Positions 41,001-52,800 of a DNA stretch of 64,000 nt are shown here, one piece after another (position 1 is the stretch's first letter; the number at the start of each line of letters is the position of its first letter). Where the stretch lies: assembly GCA_964035545.1 (NCBI GenBank), contig OZ037769.1, forward strand, positions 2,976,001-3,040,000. Direction: 5' to 3'. The notes below the pieces were generated by a model, which saw only the letters and a program-made list of their open reading frames with translations, was not told the DNA's origin and made no database searches. Made by a program: the position numbers and the translations under genes. This DNA comes from Bugula neritina (Eukaryota; Animalia; Bryozoa).

Positions 41001-42274
41001 CTAAATTTTTTGAAAATTCATGCATTTATCTGGTTTAGTATTGCCTACTGTATTTGTATATTAAGCATACTGACAAGTTGTCACAAAGTGAATGTACTCA
41101 ACATAAAACAAAAATTAAGATATATATATATATAACTCAATATGTGTACAACGGCTATTTCAGGGTTTGTCCCCTCGTCATCACAGAGTACCATGACTCA
41201 CACATTGCAATAGGAGAATTCTATGTTGAGGGATATCTATAACGTGAGTAAATTCTAGCCAGAGAGATCAAGTAACTGTGGGAGTTAAGAGTCATAGGCA
41301 TATATATTAACATGATTATATGCTTATTAGTTTTAGCATGTATTTCTAGTCGTTATTAGCAGCTCTGTAAATATCAATGGAGTATTTAAGGCACTCTTCT
41401 CCATCATCACACCTGGAACAGCTTACTACACTTGACCTACTGGCTTAATATAGCCTTATTCATCAACAATTTCCTCACTAGGAATTAGAAAACCATTTTT
41501 AATGTTTGTTAATTGATTAATACAACCTTTTAAACTAGGTAACTTAATCTAACATTTTCATAAAAATTAATAGAAGGAAACTAATTAACCTGTTTTCATA
41601 TCTATCTATAAAAAGTATAAAATGAATTGCTTCTATTTTGGCTACTGCAGAAAGCACTTGGTGTGTAAACATAAAATTTAAAAGAGGGAAAGAACACGAA
41701 CAGTTAATGTCAGGATTGAAAAATAATTGTCAATTGCAATACTTTCTATATTCTTAAACATATGCACCACCCTTTTCTAACTGTCAAAATTGCATCCATC
41801 TCTTTAACACACATTTTCACAATCTGTCCAAATTGAGTGTTTTGGAAAATAAAAGCATTTTGCCATTCTCACCTGCTCATTTCTGAAGATATGCTTACCA
41901 AACCTATATAGAAGTTGGTATACAGAGTTTTGTAGTTATCAGTAGCTTTACCTTTACTTAAGACTAGACTAGTGTGCGTTAATGTAGGCAGTCCAACAGC
42001 GAATGTAGCTGATTAGTGTACATCTACATTATTGCACTGTTTAAACTAATTATTGCATGTCGTAATTAAGCATGTATAGCAGACCTGTTGGGTATGAAAC
42101 AGCATTTTGCCCTTTATTACCTTGTGGTTGAAATATAGACTTAGTTTTATTACTGATGGAGTATTCGAGATTGACATTTGCTCACCTCTTTGCCCGGGCG
42201 CTTCGACGTATCTCTTCAGAACGTCGTAACACCGCCTCAGTTTCCACGTCTTCTAAGTCACCAATGTCAGTCAT
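38026..42274 (-). CDS. TRIM (RBCC) E3 ubiquitin ligase, TRIM56/TRIM45/TRIM2-3-like
   Basis: Exons 42274-42186, 40247-39677, 39183-38026 are phase-consistent. RING CKIC...CLHTFCEDC...CPLC, B-box1 CDIC...CLDC...CKSC..H, B-box2 CKEH...CESC...CILC...HKDH, coiled coil, low-complexity Arg/Ser-rich tail. Confidence 0.88.
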
Positions 42275-44965
42275 TATTATTTGTCTAATAATGTTGATTC
42301 TAAACAAAATCTTACTTTCTAAATGCAGATATAGAAGCAGTAATATCTGAGTGTGTGAGGTTATGTATACTAGTAGAAAACTACACTGTTTACGTTATCA
42401 TCAAGTAAATGAATGAGATTTGTGTATTCATTATGTTATTTCATCACTCATTGCTGTTCAAAAGTATGCATGATTTTTCTTCTTTTCTGATTTTGTAATC
42501 GCAATTGTGATTAGTTGGCTAGTTTGATTCTCGCTTAGAAAAATAGCAGACCCTCTGTAAGTCTGACTGATTCAATGACTATAGGCACTGCTTCACGAAT
42601 ATATATATGCGTTTTACAGATGCTGGTTTCACTTGTTTACATGCTGTGCTTGTCGAAATGCTCTACATAGCTGATGGAAATTATTCACTCATCTTTATGA
42701 TGCGTATATAAGCAAGTGAGTATAAAGGAGATATTTATGTATTCTATAATGCGAGCATTGGGAAAGCAAAAGATTGTGATACTGAGACAGTATCACTGAA
42801 ATAAATTGTATGCATAAGTTATATGTACGTAAATATATTTTTTTAAAAGTTTAATATATGTAGAAACAATTTATGCTTTATATTATTTGATAATAATTGG
42901 CTGCATTTAATGTCAATAAGTATGCAATAAATTGACAACTATACAACAATTAAAAATACTATTTGAGTAAATAACTCCATTTTCTGATTTACATGATACA
43001 TTTGTATAGCTCTACACTGTTTTTCTTTTGAATTGCCTTTAGTTTTTTTTCCTATTATTATGTCTATTTACAGATTAGAGTTGAACTAAAGTCATATGTT
43101 ATATAATAGCAAATAAACAAATTAAATAAGATCGCAATTTTCATCATGTTTCTTATTTAGCCTTCACTTAGGTTATATTAAAATATATCAATTATATACA
43201 TACCTTTGGTGACTCAGATGCAATTTGATGTATATTCGCAGACTGTGTGTTGCAGAGTACCACAACTTACATTATGCAATGTCTTTACATTACAGAATGT
43301 ATATCCAAAGTGAAAACAAAGCAATATTAAATATAGACTATAATACCTTATACCAATAAGGGAAGGTAAAGCCTATAGATTATGTATATGAAAATAACAT
43401 CCAACTATCACATTTCTAAAAGTAAACACTGCCTTAGCTTAAGATATATGCCCAACAGTATACTATAATACAACCAGTAATGGATGCATTTATACATTCA
43501 ATGAAACATCAAATCCCTTTTGTCACAGCTCCAATTTTAGTTACTTGCAATGACTAGATTGAAACTATAGGATTTAAAGTCATTAAAACTCTAATTTCTA
43601 CATAATTCAGTTGGTTAGGAGAGATATAGGCTACACATTGTCTTCTGGTAGACTTCATTACTTTTTGAATAATTGGACTTTTGACATCAGATATTTAGCA
43701 CAGGAGTTGTGTTCTCTTTTTTATCGACGATGAATTGTCTTCACTGAAAAAAATGTGCTCACAGTTGTCTCTAGCAGCTGCGCAAGTCCGCGTGAATTCA
43801 TTACTTCCGGTTGAAAATCTTCTGTTGCGTGAAGGGGCTCTCTTGCCCATACCTGATGTTGTTACCGATTACTCACTTGACTGTTAGCTAACTTATTGAA
43901 TATCCCATCGTATTCTTATGAGTTTGCTAATTTAGTGATTTATTATTCAGAATTCTGATTTATGTTATAAAGTAGCATCGCTGCTACAGTACTACTACTA
44001 GTACTACATTCGTCTTCGATTGGCGACTATCGGACTAATTTTGATTCTCACTCTCAGTTAATTTGAATCTAAAAAAAAGTAAATTGCATTGATACTGATT
44101 GTTGAAGTGATGCTGATGTTCCTAGTAAAAATCGTAATCATAATGATAATTTGATAGTGATACTGATATTTCTAATGAATGATGTTATCGTTAATTATAA
44201 AATAATGATCAATCATAATCATAATGATAACCGAATACTGGTGCTACTGACTGCTAGTAGACGTAGTAGACTAGTACTAGTAGTATAAGTATTAATGTAT
44301 TCATTGCTGCACTGATTTGTAGTCAATGTGCAAGTTTGAATAACTATAGCAGTAACTAAGTTAAACCCCGTCACAAAAAGAGTGAAAAACGGACACAATG
44401 CCTGCTGATGCTACATTTACATTAACAGTTACATACTACATACTTATAGGTTTATTGATAGAATCTGTGACTCAGACTGTTAGTCTTACACTCACACTAC
44501 GCATAATGATAATCATTGCATACTGATACTGTATACGATTACTAGTCATTACTCATTAACTTCAACACGGACATTGGTCTTAGATTTAATGATTAGTGTT
44601 AATACTAATAGACTAGAACTGATGATTAATCTTAGTTTTACAAACAATACATTACAAACATTCATTCTAGTGTTCAAAACACTTTTGACATGTCTAAGTT
44701 ACAAAATAAAATGGATGGACACAAAATTGTCTTTTTACACCTTTTTTAGACGAAGCTATAAACAGATTTTGGCATATTATATCTATAGTATTGCTGATTA
44801 AAAGAGTTATATGCAAAAGAGATAAATCAATGAGCTATGTGTTGAAATTTTCCAGTTATTTTACACCAGTTTTCAATAAAATTATAACTCATAAGCCGAT
44901 AAAAGTGTGCAACTTTCGCTGCCGTTATAGTTGCAGTTGGTTGTTAGAATTTATATGACTGTGCA

Positions 44966-46331
44966 ATGGCCCGAAGAGCCCCACCAGCCATCGCTGGCAT
45001 GACCTCACTCAAAGTTGACAATCTGACATACAGAACATCTACAGATGACCTGAAAAGAGTATTTGATAAATATGGAGAAATTGGAGACATTTACATACCA
45101 AGAGATGCATACTCCATGGAAAGCCGAGGTTTTGCTTTTGTGAGGTTAGATATATCTAATGCAGCTTTCGTTCACTTGCACAGCTTTTTATTTTAACCAA
45201 CTTAATGACTAAAAATCATGTTTCTTTGTTGAAATTAGCAAAAGTTGACTGTAAGGTCTAGCATTTCTTGTTCAGGTTCTATGACAGACGTGATGCTGAA
45301 GATGCTATTGATGCTATGGACGGCAGAACACTTGATGGAAGGGAATTACGTGTTGGTATGGCAAAACACGGCCGTCCAGAAGGTGGTCGTGGTGGTGGTA
45401 GACGTGGTGGTTATGGTTATGATCGCAGAAGAAGGTTTGTACTCAAAAGAATTCGTTTTGATGTACAAGTATATTTGATTGTCTGTTTACTGACCTTTTT
45501 TAAAAAATCGATCAAACTTCATGTAATATTCTAATTTATTGGCACAAGGAAATTTTTTTTTCAAGTTTGTTTCAATTCACCGAAACCGTAGCAGTCATTT
45601 ATTAAAGCTTGTCATGTAAAAACATTTGGGTTTATAGTTACTAATGTTGAACAGCCATAGAAATATTGATATAAAAATAAAATGTATGTTGCCTCTAGTA
45701 GTTGGAGCTTTGGATTTGATGTTTCAGCCCATTTGTAATTGTTTTTGGTCATGTTTGATAATATCATATTCTTTTCCAAAAATCACTGTAGTTGTGAAAA
45801 CACAAGGAGCTGTTTTGTTATTCTCATAGGCATTCACGTTCAAGATCTCGATCCCGAGGTCGCGACAGATGGAGGTCTAAAAGTCGGTCCCGTAGCAGAT
45901 CCCGCAGAAGAAGCCGGTCCAGAGAGAGAAGAAACCGATCTCGTTCTGCTAGCCCTAGAAAGGATCATTCTCGATCCGCCAGTCCAAGAAAAGATCGGTC
46001 CCGCTCTGCTAGTCCCAAGCGAGGCCGGTCTCGATCAGGAAGTCCTAAACGAAGCCGATCTCGATCGGGCAGTCCTAAGCGAGCCCGGTCCCGATCAGCC
46101 AGCCATAAACGAAGTCGATCTCGATCAGGCAGTGCTAAACGAGGCCGGTCCCGATCAGGCAGTCCTAAGCAAGAGCGGTCCGGATCAGGCAGCCCTAAGC
46201 GAGGCCGGTCCGGATCTGGCAGTCCTAAGCAAGGCCGGTCTGGATCAGGCAGTCGCAGACAGAGTAGATCCTCTTCAAAGGAAAAGAAAGCTGCTACTCC
46301 TCCGAAGAGTCGGTCTAGATCTCGGTCCTAG
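44966..46331 (+). CDS. SRSF2: Serine/arginine-rich splicing factor 2 (SC35)
   Basis: Exons 44966-45144, 45276-45434, 45830-46331. [16 protein letters not shown]...GDIYIPRD...[32 protein letters not shown], Gly hinge, RS domain ending RSRSRS* (TAG 46329-31). Confidence 0.95.
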
Positions 46332-47358
46332 TTGCAGCGTCTGACCTATCAGGTTCTGCCTCTACACCCGGTTGATGCTTCAGAACGTGCTCCTGTATAT
46401 ACACGAAAGGTTAAGCTTGCCTTCTCTATTAGCACATGTTGACTCTTTGTAAACTATGCTAAAATCTTGACACAACACTACAATTACAACCTAGTAAAAA
46501 CATTGCCTTTTATTTAGTCAACTGTTTACTTAATAGATACTGGCTACTAAATTTTTCCACTTCAGTATTTTTATTTCAAATATATTACCTCTCAATGCTA
46601 GTATTGTCTAACAAATTTAAACTTGTGTTATGTGATTATACAGTTGGTGTAGCAGTGATCTGCTGGGCTGCTGAGCCTACTGGAGGTGGTGATAGGTGCA
46701 GTGTTGCTGTCCATGTTGCTGTTGTTGCTGTACTACTATTGCTGCTGACATGCTGCTCTAGAGTGCTGATGCTGATAATTACGCCGAACTGCTGTCAGTT
46801 GCAGACACTTCCTGTATTCAGCCACTGATTTCCTGTTCAGCTGCGAAACACACTCAGGTGTTTCTGTTAGAGCTGATGGTCTAGTTTTATTAGGTAGCAT
46901 AACAATTAAAAAATATTAAGCATGGCAGGAATTTAGCAGTTTAGAATTTACATAAATGGCATGACTTCTGGTAAAGTTGTATTGGTGCAGGTAAAGAATG
47001 TGCATTGCACCACACACAGGACTTAGCCTTAACTTACGTATTTCAACAATTGGTGAATAGCTAGCCTCTACTTGGCTATAGGATTAATCAACTTTTTGAG
47101 ACAATAAAATAAGTTTTTATTACATTTTCAATATTTTTCTAGTTTTATTAAGTATCAAGTGTATACTTTATGACTTGCTATTGTAGAGTAATGCAATAAC
47201 ATTAGTTATTAAAATATTAGACCACGGCAAACTAGACTCAATTGTATAATAGTATTTTGAATATACTAATATAAAGTGTGTTGAGAATATTGTACTAATA
47301 TAAAGTGTGTTGAGAATATACTAAATGGTTTCCATAGTTATTTGTAAAAAGAAATATT

Positions 47359-48033
47359 TTAATTTTGGCACATTTCAAGTGGAGGAAGCTTCAAAGGTAT
47401 ACATCCCATCACAAAGTCCTCAGCAGAAAAAGCAAGCCGTTCTTGATCAGTTAAATCTGTTATCTGACTGTAGAAATGATCTATATTTTCTTTGGCAATT
47501 GGTTTACCAAACAATGCCTTGCTTGTACTAGATGAACTTGACTTAAAGAAGGAATGGTTTTCAGGTGCCGCAGGCTTTGTTGAAGCTTGATTGCCAAAAA
47601 GTGATTGGGTAGAATTTGACTGAGGTTGACCACAACCAAAAACATTCTTACTGCTGACATCTTGCCTGAACACATTTGTGGCGTTGGATTCATGTGGTAA
47701 GGGCTCTCGAGCAGTTGTGCTGAAAAGTGATCTATGGGAATGCGAGTTATTGGATGAAGAGTTCTGTGTGCTTTTGCCAAAGAAAGATTTTGGTGCATCA
47801 TTTATGCCGCTGGGTGCAGAAGTCTCAGGTTTTCCAAACAGTGATTTGGCCGATGAATTGTTCGCCTTTCCAAATAAAGATGCTGTAGCTGGCTTGAGCT
47901 CTCGAGATTGAGAATGAAACTGTTGGGGTACGGCATTTGGTCTTGTGATACCACCACCAAAAACTGAAGATGAGTTAGAGTCTGATCCTCGACCAAAAAC
48001 ATTTGAAGACTTAGATCCACCAAAGACGGACAT
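47359..48033 (-). CDS. NUP42: NUP42/NUPL2 (hCG1)-like FG nucleoporin, short form
   Basis: Multiple xFG repeats (SVFGG, NVFGR, SLFGK, SFFGK, ALFGK) and C-terminal FYSQITDLTDQERLAFSAEDFVMGCIPLKLPPLEMC, resembling the GLE1-binding motif of Nup42. First in-frame ATG at 48033. Upstream exons (48172-48138, 48567-~48432) appear non-coding. Confidence 0.7.
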   Translation of the reverse strand: MSVFGGSKSSNVFGRGSDSNSSSVFGGGITRPNAVPQQFHSQSRELKPATASLFGKANNSSAKSLFGKPETSAPSGINDAPKSFFGKSTQNSSSNNSHSHRSLFSTTAREPLPHESNATNVFRQDVSSKNVFGCGQPQSNSTQSLFGNQASTKPAAPENHSFFKSSSSSTSKALFGKPIAKENIDHFYSQITDLTDQERLAFSAEDFVMGCIPLKLPPLEMCQN

Positions 48034-49857
48034 CTTTTGCACGCTGTTGGCCTTCAACTAAAAACATAATTTGTAAAAATTATGTTAATGTTTTACTTGC
48101 ACTTTAAGAATCACAAGCTAGCCCATAGTTGACTCACCTAGTATTTTCATGTGATCTTGGAATTTTGTGAGCCTGTTATTTACAAAATATATTGAACCAG
48201 TCACAAACTAGTTTTTAGGTTGTGTTTAACTGTTGGGAGGAAAAAAGTATGCAGGCTAATACAACAATCAAGGTTACCTAATTTTGGGAAAATGTTGGCA
48301 GGTCACTAAATTAGCTTAATATATTAGTTATAGATTTCCAACAGAGCTAGGTAGGTTACTAAATCCATGACAGTTGAACAATGTGTGTAGCAGAAAAATA
48401 TGTTTTATGCTGTGCGACAGGTTATATTGACCTGAAAGTAGAAGGGTGGTCTCAAACAACCAGACTAGATATCACGTCTTGATTATTGTGGCTCGTCGGT
48501 CATCACGCTTAGGTTCGGCTTATATTCATTGACTTTCTCTGTCGGGAGCAAGTTCAGTAGCCGTGGACTGAAATTTAAATACAAATTACAATGGCCAAAT
48601 GTTTCGCATCTCATCATTGGCATTAGTGTAGCTGCGAGTTTTGGTATTCGCACTTACAGTGAGAGTGGCATTTAATTTATATTAAGGTTGGAAACCACAA
48701 TAAGTGACCCAATTAATGCAAAACTGACAGCAGATTCAAATCATTGAATTCAATGAAAATGTTTCACATTCATCACATTTGCTGAGAGTAAATTCACTTA
48801 GCATGTTATTGTTATGCTTATTCTAGTGAGTGATATTCGTGAGGTTAGGTGTGGGCTTGACTCTCACTCGGAGAGTGAGCCGTTCACTCTGACTCAAGTC
48901 AGTCACACTCGTTGTGACTTTGACTGCCAGTGTGCGCGTGACTTTCACTTTAGTATTAAAGTGAATCTCTGACCACTAAAATCAGTAATTATTCAATAAT
49001 TTTAAAATCATATGTTTACAGTTATGGGTTAGTGTTACTGATAGTGATACTCTCACTGTCTTAGAGTTAGACTCAAACTTAGACTAATAGTAATAGTAAT
49101 AGACTATATTACATATTTAGAGTCTAAACACTAAACAGTAAATGTGAGAGTGATACACTAACAGTAACACGGATTCTGAATCAGTGAATACTGAATAGTG
49201 GATGCCAGTAGACAATAATTATCAAATAACAAATTTAATAACTGATTAACTTTAACTTACAAGTTACCGTTGACTTTAGTTTAGCTTTAGTCTTTAAGTT
49301 TAACTTTAAGTTTAAGTGATCATGATAATAACTATTATTATTAAACTTAATACTCTAAAGTCTAAACCCATTAGTGGCATTACTAACTGTAACTACAATG
49401 AAAAGATACTGTGATTCCTAAAAACTGTTGAACTCAAACTATGTCAAAGTGAATGTAAAATCGTAATCATAATGATAATCATCATTTATCATCATGAATT
49501 TTAACTATTTTCCAAAATTTCCTGTTGTATAACAACTTTGCAAAGTGCCAGCTTCAAATCACCGCTGCATGTATTTGTAGCCTTGGGTGCAGCTATATAT
49601 TGTTTATAGGTAGTGTTGTGAGGTTTTCTAATACTATAACTATAGGCTTTGAGGACTTCCGTGGAACCAAGTCAGGAAAACCAGCACACACTCGTTGCTT
49701 TCTGTCTACTGCACCTCTACTTCATAAATCAATTCGCTACTATTACCCGACAATGAGAGGTCTTGCAAATGATTGAAACAAAATGAAAGTCTAATTGCTA
49801 TTCATCTTGTCTTTTGTGTAATTTTATAACTAGAAACAACAGTTTTTTTCCTAATAG

Positions 49858-52800
49858 ATGGCTTCTAAGAAGTTACTTGATGAAGTAGATAAACTGGTTG
49901 CAGTTTCAAGCTCTAGTTCTTCACACAAAGAACTTGTGGGAAAGTATGTTTCATAGTTTAAATCATATTCATTTTGATTGTGATTGTAATTGTTTGAGTA
50001 TGATATTGATACCGACTATGAGTATGTCTATTAGTATTAGTATTAGAGTATTACTATTAGTATTTTACTTTTACTACTGGCATTATGATTACTGTAGAAT
50101 TGAATTACAATTACTGCTCATTATAAAGCTATTGAAGCAAATAATGACAATGGCTATATAATGACTGGTCTGCTTTAATTTTTAAACATTCATAGAGTTC
50201 TATCATCAGCTATTCAAAAACCAAGAATTTAACCACTAATTTTACATAAAGTATTGTTTAATGCAATAAGTTATTATAGTGGAGGCACTGTTAAGTTTAT
50301 GAGACCCTAGAACTAATTTTGAGAGCACTGCATGCCCGCCCTCACTCCCCCCCCCCACCCTGCAGAGCCCCTAAGTATAATCTATGGGTATTGGTGGTCT
50401 AGGCAAGTCAAGTTATGTTAACCTCAGATCTATGCTGGGGATTGTCTAGTTTAGAAAAAAATTGAGTTTGGGTATTTGAAGTGTAACTTATCAATAGCTT
50501 TGATCAACTTAAACTTGAATCAGCTTAAATTGATTTAGGAATAAAAATTATGTCATTAGAGTCAATTGCTATTGGTATTGCTATTAGTTAACTTGAAAAG
50601 TAAGTAGTCAAGTAACAAATCAACATTACTCAAACTGAGCTCTAGTCATTAGAATAAGTAATAGCATGACGATGTCATACATGTCTAATAAAATGTGGTA
50701 ATAATTCATGGTTATTTTACCATAAAACTATATAATAATTCTGACACTGGACACTGTTTGGTATAATATTCAATATTTTTGTATAAGTTTTGTTCTCAGT
50801 TGAAAGTTTGAGGTGTTTCATTTGTGATTTAGTATATTTCTAGGCAACATTGTTGCTGAGTAACAGTGTTCCTCATTCTAGATATACTGGGGTTTTAACA
50901 CAAATCACAGCCTTGCCTCAGCCCGATCTAACTGATGCATTGCACCATTTTATTCAATCAGGTAAAACTATGGACTCTCTTTTTACATTTTTTAATGCTC
51001 AATGTTTTTTTCCTTTGTCTCTCCGGCACAAGGTTAGCATACTATCTCAAATGTCCTTCAATATAAAATACTCTAAAGTTGTGTTTATACGATTTTCATT
51101 CAAATTTCACCGAGTTGCATTGTAAAAGCCACCGTCAAGTTTTTGGTCCTGTGATAACTCAATCGGCCGAGTTCAGAATAATAATCAAAAGAAATGATAA
51201 CTTCCTTGTAGATATCGGTTTGCAATTATGACGTTGGCAATTAGATGATGTACTTACACAGCGGTAAATAAAGCTTCAGATATTCAAGTAAAAGTGTCAT
51301 GTTTATACTTAGATCGACTACAATTTTTTAATTATCAACTTTATGTTGTCAACTTTAATAATTCATTTCGCTTGCATAGAGCATCAAATAGCGAGTCATA
51401 TTTCACTATTAGGAAGTAATCTTCCGCATCATTATGATTTTAGCAAGTTTCAGTAAAACTATAAAGAAATACTCGGACGAGTGCAATTAACTGAAACTCG
51501 GAAATTTTTTCAGCAGAGGTGTAAACGTAACTTTAGTAAGCTGTACCACTTTACTGTACCTTGCATGTGTCTGTGCTTGTTCAAGTGTGTGTGATGTCGT
51601 CACCTAGTTATATAAACATTTATGTGCTTGAAAACTCAATTTGTGAAGAAAACCTCTTACTAAAACGCGATAGTGTGCTTTTGTTAACCTAGTTGAGCGC
51701 ATTATTAATTCTATATTTGTGTGTGCATTAATTGATTATTTTACAGTATTTGCTGGGGAGGTGAGTTTGATGGTGTCTCGTACCGTCCTAACAGAACTGT
51801 GCAATATTCTACCTACTCTAGAAGACTCTTTCAGTGAGACAATTAGCAAATTTATATTGCAGAAGGTGCAGACTCGGGTGATATCTTTTGAAGATCAGGT
51901 AGGTTTATGTTTATTATTAAAACTAGATACTGCATTTACTCTGCAGAGTTTTCTCCCCGTTTATTAATTCATGACATATTCAACTTCGATGAGTCACAAG
52001 TAGACAAAACTTTGAATATTTCGTTATTATATAATCACAGGACAAGCTTCAAGTTTTTGTAAGGACCTAAATAAACTGAAAGATTTGTTATGGTAAATTG
52101 TTAGAGTACCACTAGTAGAAGGAACCTATCTGCACACTTTACATGCTATTTAGTGTTGACACAAAATAAATGTAAATTAGGTATGAGACATTTTCTGTCC
52201 TGCGTTATAGTTTTTCGTAGTTTTAAGTGGTGCCTTGTTTATTTTTCCCTGTGTAAAAATAAATTAGGTCATTTTTATGCTGATTTCCTTTATAATGTAA
52301 TATAGTGTACATTTTTTTTGTAACAATTAAACAGTTTTTTCTTGCTTACTATAAATTGTCGTAAACTTCAATGTTAAATAAATAGCAAATGGCTGACAAA
52401 TCCTATCAATACAACTTTGGAATGGGCAAGCAAATTTCAAGGTACAGGCTTTATAGGAATGCATGGTTCTTGTTATTTTGAGAATATCCTGTTATGATGT
52501 AGTCATGCAATCACAGCATTAGTGTAATATATGTCCGTCTATTGACCCACATATTATTTTCTTCCTAAAGGTGGTTCAAATAAGAAAACACTTGTCATAT
52601 TTATATGAGAAGCAGCAAAGATGGAAAGACGCTGCTCAGTGTTTAACACTAATTCCTTTAGAGACTGGTCAGAAGTAAGTTTTACACGTACATCTCTTTA
52701 GAGACTGGTCAGAAGTAAGTTTTACACGTACGTCTCTTTAGAGACTGGTCAGAAGTAAGTTTTACACGTACATCTCTTTAGAGACTGGTCAGAAGTAAGT

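Noticed and set aside
45739-46344. 201-aa acidic repeat ORF ([10 protein letters not shown])
   Set aside because: Alternative frame of the SRSF2 RS exon; splice phase selects the RS frame, and the repeat explains the lack of stops.
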